DNA of 64,000 nucleotides from Tagaea sp. (GTDB lineage Bacteria > Pseudomonadota > Alphaproteobacteria > CACIAM-22H2). Every line of letters starts with the position of its first letter. Position 1 is the first letter of the stretch. Below, one piece after another: positions 11,139 to 20,148 of this stretch. The DNA is taken from positions 160,001-224,000 of the forward strand of contig CBDIIB010000005.1 in the NCBI GenBank assembly GCA_965279525.1, in the 5' to 3' direction. The position numbers were made by a program, and so were the translations under genes. The notes beneath the pieces were generated by a model. That model was not told the DNA's origin and did not search any database. It was given only the letters and a program-made list of their open reading frames with translations.

Positions 11139-12020
11139 ATGACCGCCGCGGAACGCCTGCGCACGCTGCTTGCCGAACCGACCTTGCACGCCATGCCCGG
11201 CGTGTTCGACGCGCTGTCGGCCCGGATCGCCCGCGAGGCCGGCTACCGGCTGATGTTCATGAGCGGCTTTGCCGTTTCCGCCGTCCGTCTCGGCCAGCCC
11301 GACGCGGGGCTGCTCTCGATGGGCGAGATGCTGGATTCGCTGCGCGGGTGCATCTCGGCGGCCGGTGACGTGCCCGTGCTTGGCGACGGCGACACGGGCT
11401 GGGGCAACGCGCTCAACGTCCAGCGCACGGTCGAGGAATATGCGCGCGCCGGGTCCGCCGCGATCATGCTGGAAGACCAGGTCAGTCCCAAGAAGTGCGG
11501 CCACACCAAGGGCAAGCAGGTCATCGCGCGCAAGGAAGCGCGCCTCAAGATCCGGGCGGCGGCCGAGGCGCGCGATGCGCTGCGCGCTGCCGGCCGCGGC
11601 GACATCCTGATCCTGGCGCGCACCGACGCGCGCGCGGTCCACGGCTTCGACGAGGCACTCCAGCGCTGCAAGGATTTCGTCGATGAAGGGGCCGACATCA
11701 TCTTCCTCGAAGCGCCCGAGAGCGTGGACGAGATGAAGCGCTTCTGCCGCACGATCCCGCGCCCATGCCTTGCCAACATGGTGTTCGAGGGCAAGACGCC
11801 GGTCCTGCCTGCGGCGGAACTGCAGGAGATCGGCTACCGGCTTGCCGTCTATCCGGTCGTCGGCCTTACGGCGGTCATCGCCGCGTTGCGCCAGGCCTTC
11901 GCGGCCGTCGTGCCGGGAAGCACCGTGCCGCAGCCGCCGCACCTTACCTTTCCTGAACTGCAGGAAGCGGTCGGCTTTCCGGATTATTGGGCGCGCGAGA
12001 AGCGCTTCGCGGCCGACTAA
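11139..12020 (+). CDS. isocitrate lyase / PEP mutase family lyase
   Basis: DGDTGWG, EDQVSPKKCGH, ARTDA. Confidence 0.9.
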   Translation: MTAAERLRTLLAEPTLHAMPGVFDALSARIAREAGYRLMFMSGFAVSAVRLGQPDAGLLSMGEMLDSLRGCISAAGDVPVLGDGDTGWGNALNVQRTVEEYARAGSAAIMLEDQVSPKKCGHTKGKQVIARKEARLKIRAAAEARDALRAAGRGDILILARTDARAVHGFDEALQRCKDFVDEGADIIFLEAPESVDEMKRFCRTIPRPCLANMVFEGKTPVLPAAELQEIGYRLAVYPVVGLTAVIAALRQAFAAVVPGSTVPQPPHLTFPELQEAVGFPDYWAREKRFAAD

Positions 12021-12787
12021 CGTTCAACCGCGTCGAGCGTGCGCGGAGAGCCGACCGCCGGGTGCCACGACCAGCCGAGTGCGGCCGAATAGCGCCGCTC
12101 GGCGCGCGCCTGGCAGAACCACAGCGGCGGTGCCGAGATCGGCCGCCCGTCCTGCACCATGCGGCCTTGCGACGTGCAGCTCTGCGCCACGGTGAAGCCC
12201 TCGCAGCTTGCCGCCTGGCCGGTCTCCGGACATTCGCGCGCCTCGCCCACCACCTCGAACGTCTCGCGCACGTCCCAGCGGCCGAAGCGCTGGGCCGCGT
12301 TGATCCTGCCGCCGGGGAAATACCAGCCTTCCTGCAGCACGTAGCTGACCGTCAGCGTCTTTCCCGGTGCGAGCGGGAAAAGGCCGCCTTCGACGGCGTC
12401 GATGCGCGCGATCCACGTGGCGCGGTCGCTCAGGCCCGGCAGCCGCGCATCGTCGGTGCGCGCGAGGAACAGGAGCCCGCCCAGCGCCACCGCGAAGGTC
12501 CGCTCGGCCTCGCCGGCGGCGGCGGCCAGCGAAAGGCGCACCTTCGTGATGCCGTCGGCATGCGCCACGATGCCGAGCGCGTTCTCGCTGTTGCCGATGC
12601 GGTCGTACCGGATTGCGCGGAAGGCCGGGGCGGGTGCGCCGGCAAACTCGGGATGGGTCCGGACGAACGACGCGACGGCCGCCGGCAGGCCCGGCGGGCC
12701 GAACGAAGCGAGGAAGTCGGCCGTCTCGTCGGCCATCGCGAGCGACGGCAGCAGGGCCAGCAGGGCTGCGAAGGCGGACCGGATCAT
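12017..12787 (-). CDS. exported hypothetical protein
   Basis: Signal peptide MIRSAFAALLALLPSLAMA; four Cys in the C-terminal half. Confidence 0.6.
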   Translation of the reverse strand: MIRSAFAALLALLPSLAMADETADFLASFGPPGLPAAVASFVRTHPEFAGAPAPAFRAIRYDRIGNSENALGIVAHADGITKVRLSLAAAAGEAERTFAVALGGLLFLARTDDARLPGLSDRATWIARIDAVEGGLFPLAPGKTLTVSYVLQEGWYFPGGRINAAQRFGRWDVRETFEVVGEARECPETGQAASCEGFTVAQSCTSQGRMVQDGRPISAPPLWFCQARAERRYSAALGWSWHPAVGSPRTLDAVER

Positions 12788-12816
12788 GGCACGCACTCTA
12801 GCACCCCCGCTCGCGG

Positions 12817-13155
12817 CTAGAAGAGCTTGCCGCCGTCGGGCACCGCGACGGACGGGCCGACCAGCACGACCGCCCCGTTCGCGTCGGGAAAGCCAAGTGT
12901 GAGCACCTCGCTCATGAACGGGCCGATCTGGCGGGGCGGGAAATTGACGACCGCCGCCACCTGCCGGCCCATCAGCGTCTCGGGCGTGTAGTGGACCGTG
13001 ATCTGGGCCGAGCTCTTCTTGATGCCGATCGCGGGTCCGAAATCGATGCGCAGCTTGAAGGCGGGCTTGCGCGCCTCGGGGAAGGGTTCGACGCCGACGA
13101 TCGTTCCGACCCGGATATCGACGCGTTCGAAGTCGGCAAACGTGATCTCGGCCAT
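12817..13155 (-). CDS. csaA: tRNA-binding protein / chaperone CsaA
   Basis: DIRVGTI, ARKPA, SSAQIT, VVNFPPRQIG, SEVLTLG. Confidence 0.92.
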   Translation of the reverse strand: MAEITFADFERVDIRVGTIVGVEPFPEARKPAFKLRIDFGPAIGIKKSSAQITVHYTPETLMGRQVAAVVNFPPRQIGPFMSEVLTLGFPDANGAVVLVGPSVAVPDGGKLF

Positions 13156-13172
13156 GTCCTCTGGTCCCGCGC

Positions 13173-13210
13173 AAAAGAAAAAGGCCCCGGCGGATCCGCC
13201 GGGGCCTTCT
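13173..13210 (-). terminator. intrinsic terminator of the phasin gene
   Basis: AAGGCCCCGGCGG-AT-CCGCCGGGGCCTT hairpin followed by a U-tract on the minus strand. Confidence 0.8.
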
Positions 13211-13243
13211 CAATAGCGCAGGCGGGGCGTGCCCGCGAAGCGC

Positions 13244-13675
13244 TTACTTCTTCTTGGCGATGACCGTCTTGATCTCGTCGAGGCTGTCGGCGACGCGCTT
13301 CTGGACGACGTCCATGGCTTCGGTCTGCGACTTGGCGACGAGTTCGGCCAGCTCGCGCATGTTCTGCACGGCGCGCTGGAAGGCGTCCTTGACGATCTCG
13401 GTCTGCTTGGCGGCCTTCTCTTCGGGGCTGCCGGCGGCCATCACTTCGCGCATCGCGCTCGAGGCTTCTTCCATCATCGAACGGAAGATCTCGCTCTGGC
13501 GGCGGGCGATCGCCTGCATGCTCTCGACGGCGAGCTGGTTGGCCTGGGCGAGCGCTTCGATGTTCTTGCGCTGCGTGGCGACCACGCCTTCCATGTCGAC
13601 GGCGGCGAACTTGAAGTCGCCCATCTGCTTGGGCATCTCGAACATCTTGGCAAAATCGAAATCACCGAACGGCAT
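13244..13675 (-). CDS. phaP: phasin (PHA granule protein)
   Basis: QRKNIEALAQANQLAVE..QAIARRQ, SQTEAMDVVQKRVADSLDE; AAGGA RBS before ATG 13675. Confidence 0.88.
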   Translation of the reverse strand: MPFGDFDFAKMFEMPKQMGDFKFAAVDMEGVVATQRKNIEALAQANQLAVESMQAIARRQSEIFRSMMEEASSAMREVMAAGSPEEKAAKQTEIVKDAFQRAVQNMRELAELVAKSQTEAMDVVQKRVADSLDEIKTVIAKKK

Positions 13676-13796
13676 CTTGTTTCCTTTCAGCATGGCGGGC
13701 GCCCTTTCGCGACACGAGTTCCGTAGTTCAGCGCGCGAGGGCACGCCAAATGACTGCCCGGATAATGGTCACTTGTGGCCTTCCGGTCAAGGAAAA

Positions 13797-13815
13797 TTGT
13801 GCGGTGCAGCAAAAA
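13797..13815. promoter_or_regulatory. putative PhaR/AniA operator
   Basis: TGCGGTGCA (TGC-N3-GCA) followed by GCAAAA about 125 nt upstream of the phasin start. Confidence 0.55.
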
Positions 13816-13818
13816 CTT

Positions 13819-14454
13819 CTAGGCGGCTACCCGCGCCTTGGAACCATTAAGAAATGCCGGTAAATTCGATGTTAGCGCTTCCAGCCGGCCCAACGACTTG
13901 TCGAGGCTTGCCATTGTTTTTGCTGCATCTGCGCTCTCGTCGTCGAGCCAGACCCGGAACGTGCCCAAATAGACGGCAGCTAAGGCTTTGATCTTCAAAG
14001 GGCCGAGGGGCAAGCGCGGACTGACTCCCGCAGCCTCGGCGAGCCCCGCCATCGACTTCATGCCGCCGGGCACCAGGCACAGGGCGGCCAGAGGATCGCG
14101 GCCCAGATCGGCAAGGATGCCGCGGACGGCCGCCTTGTGCGGCCCCAATGCATCGAAGCGCCGCATGATCAGGTCGAACAGCCGGTCCTTGACCGAGCCG
14201 TCGGCCTCCACCGGTGCGGCCAGCATGGCGGCATCGACGCGCCGCCCGAACGAAGCGAGCAGTGCCGTCTTCGAGGTCGCGTGCTGGCGCAGCTCGGACA
14301 CCGGCATGCCGGCCTCGGCGGCGATGTCGGCTAGCGAGATTTCCGACCAGCGGCGCGAACCCGCCAGGCGAAGCATCGCATCGAGTGCGGCTTCCGCCGG
14401 ATCGGCGGCGGGCGGTGCTTCTTTGGATCCGGTGCGCGAACGCTTGGCTGCCAT
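13819..14454 (-). CDS. TetR/AcrR-like regulator
   Basis: N-terminal HTH (ISLADIAAEAG); DRLFDLIMRRFDAL; WLDDESADAAKTMASLD. Confidence 0.82.
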   Translation of the reverse strand: MAAKRSRTGSKEAPPAADPAEAALDAMLRLAGSRRWSEISLADIAAEAGMPVSELRQHATSKTALLASFGRRVDAAMLAAPVEADGSVKDRLFDLIMRRFDALGPHKAAVRGILADLGRDPLAALCLVPGGMKSMAGLAEAAGVSPRLPLGPLKIKALAAVYLGTFRVWLDDESADAAKTMASLDKSLGRLEALTSNLPAFLNGSKARVAA

Positions 14455-14508
14455 CGCTGCCTCCCTGGAGCATTCCCTCCCACAGAGTTAGGGCGGCCGG
14501 GGTCCCCA

Positions 14509-14540
14509 GTCAATCAGCGGGGGCGTCAATCAGCGGGGGC
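14509..14540. repeat. 16-bp perfect tandem duplication
   Basis: GTCAATCAGCGGGGGC twice, spanning the stop codon of the 14530 gene. Confidence 0.85.
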
Positions 14541-15363
14541 GGACCCGCGAGCGCTCGGCGATGTCGCGGATCCCGTCGGCCGAGGCGCCCGCGATCTCGA
14601 AGGCGAGTTCGGCCCATTGCCGGTCGAGGATCTGCACGGGCACGGGGTTCTGCATGTCGACGCGGCCAAGCTCGGCACCGCCGGCATCGCGCACGCGCCA
14701 GTTCACGCTGACGCGTCGGGTCTCCGGACCGGCATTGCCGATCGTCACGGTGCCGACGACGGCGATCACGTCGGGGCCGGCCGCATCCACGATCCGCAGG
14801 CCCGCGCGTTCGAGATGGAAGGCAAGGCTGCGCACGAGCGCCAGTCCGCCGTCGCCCGGTGCGCCGGCGACGCTCTCGACATGGATCGCCGGCAGGGTAC
14901 GCGCCAGTGCGGCTTCGGGCTTGATCGCGTTGACGATCGCCTGCGCGATGGGCCGGGCGACCGCGTCCCACGCCTCGGGCCGGTCGGGGGAGGCCGGGAA
15001 GCCGGTCTCGGCGCGGGGATCGGCAAGCGACGTGCCTTTGGCATCGACGAGGTTGGCCATCACCTGCACGCGCCCGGCCTGAATCTCGGCCTGCAGGTCG
15101 AGGATCAGGCTCTGCGGATTGCCGGCCTTCACGTTGGCCGGCACGTCGAGATCGCGCAGCGCCTTCGCCACCGCCTCGGCGAGGGCACGCGACGGCGCAT
15201 CCGCAAGGCCGAAAGCCGGCGGCACGATGATGCCGCCGAAATCCGTCAGGCGCAGCAGCGGATTTTCCGCGAGCTCCTTGTCGTCGGGCTGGAACGGGCG
15301 CGGCAGCGGCCCGCACGCGGCCAGCGCCAGTGCCGCGGCAAGCACGACGATCAGGCGAAACAC
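14530..15363 (-). CDS. lipoprotein, unknown function
   Basis: Lipobox LAAC followed by GPLPRPFQP. Confidence 0.75.
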   Translation of the reverse strand: MFRLIVVLAAALALAACGPLPRPFQPDDKELAENPLLRLTDFGGIIVPPAFGLADAPSRALAEAVAKALRDLDVPANVKAGNPQSLILDLQAEIQAGRVQVMANLVDAKGTSLADPRAETGFPASPDRPEAWDAVARPIAQAIVNAIKPEAALARTLPAIHVESVAGAPGDGGLALVRSLAFHLERAGLRIVDAAGPDVIAVVGTVTIGNAGPETRRVSVNWRVRDAGGAELGRVDMQNPVPVQILDRQWAELAFEIAGASADGIRDIAERSRVRPR

Positions 15364-15417
15364 GAGACGACCAGTCCGGCAATCAGGATCAGCAGGAAGA
15401 TGAGCATATAGGGCATG

Positions 15418-16191
15418 TCAGCCGTCCAGCACGATGGCCGACAGGCCGCGCCCGTAGTCGGGTTCGCTTCGAAGGCAGCTGCGCCGGTAGCTGAAGAACC
15501 GGTCCGGCTCGCCGCACGTGTCGTTGGGAAGCGAATGGATCTGGCGCAGGCCCGCCAGGCGCAGGCGCCCGCCGGCATAGCCGCGCAGGTCGAACATCCA
15601 GCGCCCGTCGTTGCGCGAGGGCGCGAAGTAGCGCGCGTTGTTCTCGTCCTCGGCGAGGAACGGGGCCGGAAACTCGGGGCCGACCTCGTAGGAGCGCTGC
15701 GCGATGCATGGGCCAATCCCGGCATGGACGCGCGTGCGCTCGGCACCCAATGCTGCCATCGCGTCGAGCGTGGTTTCGAGCACGCCGCCGATGGCGCCCT
15801 TCCAGCCCGCATGCGCTGCCCCGATCACGCCTGCCTTGGGATCGCAGAACAGCACCGGCACGCAGTCGGCCGTCAGGATGCCGAGCACCACGCCGGGCGT
15901 CTTCGTCACGAAGGCATCGGCCTTCGGGCGCTCGGCGTCGGGCAGCGGTGCTTCCAGCGTCACGACCGCGCGGCCATGGACCTGGTAGAGCGTGGAGAGG
16001 CTTTCCGCCGGCATGTCGATCGATTCCATCGCCAGCGCCCGGTTCCGGCGGACCGCCCCGGCGTCGTCGCCCGAACCGAGGCCGCAATTGAGCGACGAAT
16101 AGAGCCCCGTGCTGACGCCGCCCTGGCGCGTGAAGAAGGCATGGCGCATGCCGTCGAGATCGTTGAGCGGGCCGAGCGTGACGAGCGACAT
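15418..16191 (-). CDS. pgeF: peptidoglycan editing factor PgeF (YfiH)
   Basis: FFTRQGGVS, QVHG, LTADCVPVL, AHAGWKG, FFSYRR. Confidence 0.93.
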   Translation of the reverse strand: MSLVTLGPLNDLDGMRHAFFTRQGGVSTGLYSSLNCGLGSGDDAGAVRRNRALAMESIDMPAESLSTLYQVHGRAVVTLEAPLPDAERPKADAFVTKTPGVVLGILTADCVPVLFCDPKAGVIGAAHAGWKGAIGGVLETTLDAMAALGAERTRVHAGIGPCIAQRSYEVGPEFPAPFLAEDENNARYFAPSRNDGRWMFDLRGYAGGRLRLAGLRQIHSLPNDTCGEPDRFFSYRRSCLRSEPDYGRGLSAIVLDG

Positions 16192-16196
16192 CGAGT

Positions 16197-17282
16197 TCAA
16201 CCTTCGAAGCCGGGCGGTGCCCCGGCAGCGGCCGGCGCCTGGAGCGCCACGACCTTGAACAAGGTGCCCATTTCGCGTTCGTCGAGCAAGCGCCGGCTCG
16301 CGTCGGCAATGTTGCGCGCCGTGCGCGGATCGGCATTGCGTGCAAGCACGGCAAGCCGCGCATGGATTCCGATGCGGCGCAGGAAATCGCCCTGCCCGAC
16401 CGGCCCGAAGGCGGCGACACCCACTGCGCGAGCGGCGTCGGCGAGGCGCGGGAAATCCACATGCGCCGTGAGATCGCATTCGCCGGGTGTGTCGAACACG
16501 CCCGCCTTCGCGTGCCGGCGCACGGCCTGCAGCGTGTCGCCCCAGCCCGAACGTGCGGTGCCGTAGTCGACGAACAGCGCGGCCCCGCCGGTCTTCGCGA
16601 GCCGGCGTGCGATGGCGGCCGCGATGTCGAGGGCCGCCGGGCAGACCTCGACCACGGCGCCGTCGGGCGCGTCGGCGATCTGGGTCTGCGAAAGTGGCGG
16701 TGCTGCGGCCACATCGCCGTCAGCGAACGCGAAAGCACCGGCTTCAAGCGTGACGACGCGCTCGCGCCATGTCGATCCGCGGCGCACGAACTGGCGCACC
16801 GGCAACGCGTCGAAGAATTCGTTGGCGACGAGGAAGATCGGCGCATCATCCGGCACGTCGTCGAACGAGGCGTGGAAGACCGGTTCCGCGCGCGCCAGCC
16901 GCTCGCCCTGCACGGCGCGCAAGGTGCGCGAGATTTCCACCAGATGCAGCTTCGCCGCCGACGCGAACGCGGGCAGCGCCCTGGCGGTCGCACGCAGCGC
17001 ATCGTCCATCAGCGTGCCGCGCCCCGGGCCGAGCTCGACGAGGTTTGCGTGCGCGGGTGCTCCCAGCATCTGCCAGCGTTCGGCCAGCCACAGGCCGAGC
17101 ATTTCGCCGAAGGCCTGCGAGATTTCCGGAGCCGTCGTGAAATCGCCTTCGGCCCCCAGCGGCACACCGTCGCGGTAGTAGCCGTGCTCGGGATCGGCAA
17201 GGCAGGCTTGCATGTAATCGTGGACCGTCATCGGTCCGGCCGAGGCGATGCGCGCCGCAAGACGCGGCCCCAGTCCGCTCAC
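16197..17282 (-). CDS. MidA/NDUFAF7-family SAM-dependent methyltransferase
   Basis: GDFTTAPEISQ.FGE, VELGPGRGTL, ANEFFDALP, DLTAHVDF. Confidence 0.92.
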   Translation of the reverse strand: MSGLGPRLAARIASAGPMTVHDYMQACLADPEHGYYRDGVPLGAEGDFTTAPEISQAFGEMLGLWLAERWQMLGAPAHANLVELGPGRGTLMDDALRATARALPAFASAAKLHLVEISRTLRAVQGERLARAEPVFHASFDDVPDDAPIFLVANEFFDALPVRQFVRRGSTWRERVVTLEAGAFAFADGDVAAAPPLSQTQIADAPDGAVVEVCPAALDIAAAIARRLAKTGGAALFVDYGTARSGWGDTLQAVRRHAKAGVFDTPGECDLTAHVDFPRLADAARAVGVAAFGPVGQGDFLRRIGIHARLAVLARNADPRTARNIADASRRLLDEREMGTLFKVVALQAPAAAGAPPGFEG

Positions 17283-18070
17283 GCGCGGCCCTTCGACGTG
17301 ACGACGAGCCACAGGCCGGCCGCGATCATCGGCAGCGACAGCAGCATGCCCATCGTCAGCGGCCCGAGCAGATAGCCCAGATGCGCGTCCGGCTCGCGGA
17401 ACAGCTCGCCCACGCAGCGCGCAAGCCCGTAGCCCGCGAGGAAAACGCCGGCAAGCATGCCGGGCCGGTCGCAGACCCGCGGATTGCGCGCCAGCACGAA
17501 CAGCAGCGCGAACAACGCCAGCCCCTCGAGGCCCGCCTGATAGATCTGGCTCGGGTGACGCGCGACCGGGCCGCCATGCGGGAACACCATCGCCCACGCG
17601 ACGTCCGGGGCTTCGCGCCCGAACAGCTCGCCGTTGATGAAGTTGGCCACGCGCCCGAAGAACAGTCCGATCGGCACGACGCAGGTGACCATGTCGCCGA
17701 TGCGGTAGAGCGGCAGGTCGTTGCGCCTGGCGAACAGCACGATCGCCAGGATCACGCCGAGCATGCCGCCATGGAAGCTCATGCCGCCGCGCCACAGCAT
17801 CAGCGCTTCGAGCGGCTCGGACAGGTAATAGAGCGGCTTGTAGAACAGCACGTAGCCGAGCCGCCCGCCCAGGATGATGCCGACCGTCACCCAGACGACG
17901 AAATCGTCGAGCTGCTCGCGCCCCATGGCGCGCAGCCGGCCGGCGTTGAGATATGCGGCATAGCGCCAGCCGCCGACGATGCCCGCGATGTAGGCGAGCG
18001 CGTACCAGCGGATCGCGATCGGGCCGATCTCGAAGGCGATGGGATCGATGGCGGGGAACGAAAGCGCCAT
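17279..18070 (-). CDS. lgt: prolipoprotein diacylglyceryl transferase
   Basis: IRWYALAY, GGRLGYVLFY, GGMSFHGG, ANFINGEL, RHPSQIY. Confidence 0.97.
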   Translation of the reverse strand: MALSFPAIDPIAFEIGPIAIRWYALAYIAGIVGGWRYAAYLNAGRLRAMGREQLDDFVVWVTVGIILGGRLGYVLFYKPLYYLSEPLEALMLWRGGMSFHGGMLGVILAIVLFARRNDLPLYRIGDMVTCVVPIGLFFGRVANFINGELFGREAPDVAWAMVFPHGGPVARHPSQIYQAGLEGLALFALLFVLARNPRVCDRPGMLAGVFLAGYGLARCVGELFREPDAHLGYLLGPLTMGMLLSLPMIAAGLWLVVTSKGRA

Positions 18071-19060
18071 CTAGACGTACGGATCGTCGGTGGCGAGATG
18101 GTCGCGCACGTAGCGGCGCACGCCCTCTTCCAGATCGGTGAAGGGCTTGGCGTAGCCCGCCGCGCGCAGGCGGCCGGTGTCGGCTTGCGTGAAGTACTGG
18201 TACTTGTCGCGGATCGCCTCGGGCGTGTCGCGCCACGCGATGTTGGCGTTCTTGCCCAGCGTGCCGTAGACGGCGGTGGCAAGATCGAGGAACGAGCGCG
18301 CCTTGCCTGTGCCGAGGTTGAACAGGCCCGAGACCTGCGGGTTGGCGCGGAACCACAGCATCGCGTCGACCACGTCGCCGACCCAGATGAAGTCGCGCGT
18401 CTGCCCGCCGTCGGGCACGTCCTTGCGGTGCGAGCGGAACAGCGGGAACGCCTCGCCCTTCGCGGCCGCCGGGAAGATCTGGTGCACGACCGAGCGCTGT
18501 GCGCCCTTGTGGTATTCGTTGGGTCCGTAGACGTTGAAGAACTTGAGGCCGACATGCTGGCGCGGGCGCCGCGTCTTGCGGTCCTTGAGCGTCGCCGCGA
18601 TGCGCCGGTCGACGAGCAGCTTCGACCAGCCATAGGGATTGAGCGGCTGGAGTTTCGCCAGCGCTTCGGGTGCCGGATCGTCGACGAAGCCGTGCTCGCC
18701 GCCGCCATATGTGGCTGCCGACGACGCATAGACCAGCGGCACGCCCGCTTCGGCGCACCAGTCCCACAGGTCGAGCGTGAGGCGCACGTTGCTGCGTACG
18801 ATCGCGTCGACGTCGGTCGCGGTCGTGTCGGAGATGGCGCCCATGTGGAACACCGCCTCGACCTTGCCCTTGCGGCCGGCGAGAAAGGCGAACAGGTCTT
18901 CCGGGCGCACCACGTCGTCGAGCCGGCGCTTGGCGATGTTGCGCCACTTGTCGCCGCCGCCCAGCCAGTCGACGCACACGAGCGACGACGCGCCCTGCGC
19001 TTCCAGCCCCGCCAGGAGATTGGAGCCGATGAACCCTGCCCCGCCGGTGACCACGATCAT
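18071..19060 (-). CDS. rfaD: ADP-L-glycero-D-manno-heptose 6-epimerase
   Basis: TGGAGFIGSN, YASSAATYG, PLNPYGWSK, FFNVYGPNEYHKG, KYQYFTQAD. Confidence 0.93.
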   Translation of the reverse strand: MIVVTGGAGFIGSNLLAGLEAQGASSLVCVDWLGGGDKWRNIAKRRLDDVVRPEDLFAFLAGRKGKVEAVFHMGAISDTTATDVDAIVRSNVRLTLDLWDWCAEAGVPLVYASSAATYGGGEHGFVDDPAPEALAKLQPLNPYGWSKLLVDRRIAATLKDRKTRRPRQHVGLKFFNVYGPNEYHKGAQRSVVHQIFPAAAKGEAFPLFRSHRKDVPDGGQTRDFIWVGDVVDAMLWFRANPQVSGLFNLGTGKARSFLDLATAVYGTLGKNANIAWRDTPEAIRDKYQYFTQADTGRLRAAGYAKPFTDLEEGVRRYVRDHLATDDPYV

Positions 19061-19149
19061 GGAACGACCCGCTCGCGAAATGCAGTGCGGTTATAGGCGC
19101 TGGCCTCCGGAACTTGCAACTCGACGGCCCCCGCCGCCATAATGCCGGC

Positions 19150-19422
19150 ATGCAGACCGACAACCGCATCCTCGACGACCTTTCGCGCGCCGCGACCGGT
19201 GCCATGTCCGCCCTTGGTGCTGTCCGCCAGGAGGTCGAGGCACAGGCCCGCCTCGTGGTCGAGCGCTGGCTGCAGACGCAGAACCTCGTCGCGCGCGACG
19301 AGTTCGAGGCCGTGCGCGAGATGGCGGCCAATGCCCGCATCGAGAATGAACGCCTTGCCGAACGCCTTGCGGCGGTCGAGGCCGAACTCAAGATGTTGAA
19401 GAGTCCGCAGCAAGCCGGCTGA
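19150..19422 (+). CDS. ubiK: ubiquinone biosynthesis accessory factor (BMFP)
   Basis: NRILDDLSR, LVARDEFEAVREMA..AR.ENE coiled coil. Confidence 0.85.
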   Translation: MQTDNRILDDLSRAATGAMSALGAVRQEVEAQARLVVERWLQTQNLVARDEFEAVREMAANARIENERLAERLAAVEAELKMLKSPQQAG

Positions 19423-19629
19423 CCCCGCATTTGGCGGTCGCAAGCGGTATTCGGGAGTCGCGACCGCATAATCTTGGGGATGGTTGCGAAATTTCATTGC
19501 CCGCTTGACTCGCCTTTGGCACCCTATAGCTAGTGGTTCCGCGTCGAGTCGCACCCAGCATCTTCCCTGATGGGGTCGGCTGGCGGGGAGCCCGCAAGAC
19601 GAATTTGCGTCAGTAGGAGGCCCCAGGGC

Positions 19630-20136
19630 ATGGCCGACGTCTCGGTACACCAGACTTCCGAAGCCGCCGCAAATCCTCTCGACATCATCGAAGAAATCGT
19701 CACCGCCAACGAGTGGCCGTTCGACCGCTCCGCGGAAGAAGAACTGGTCGCCCAGGTTCCGGGACGGTGGTGCGACTATCGGGTCTATTTCGCGTGGAAC
19801 GAGGACATGAGCGCGTTGCACTTCTCGTGCGCGCTCGATCTCAAGCTTCCCCGCCATCGCCGCCAGGTCGTGACCGAACTGCTGATGCTCGCCAACGAGA
19901 AGCTGTGGCTCGGCCATTTCGACCTGTCGGGCGACGACGGCCTGCCGACCTTCCGCCATGCGGTCCCCCTGCGGGGTGCGCGCGGCGCCACGGTCGAGCA
20001 GATCGAAGATCTCGTCGACGTGGCGCTGACCGAGTGCGAGCGCTTCTACCCGGCGTTCCAGTACGTCGTGTGGGGCGGCAAGGACCCGGCCGAAGCGGTC
20101 GCGGCCGCGTGCCTCGAGCCGATGGGCGAAGCCTAG
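19630..20136 (+). CDS. YbjN domain protein
   Basis: NPLDIIE, NEKLWLGHFD, ECERFYPAFQYVVW; precedes proC. Confidence 0.85.
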   Translation: MADVSVHQTSEAAANPLDIIEEIVTANEWPFDRSAEEELVAQVPGRWCDYRVYFAWNEDMSALHFSCALDLKLPRHRRQVVTELLMLANEKLWLGHFDLSGDDGLPTFRHAVPLRGARGATVEQIEDLVDVALTECERFYPAFQYVVWGGKDPAEAVAAACLEPMGEA

Positions 20137-20148
20137 GCGACCAAGCAG

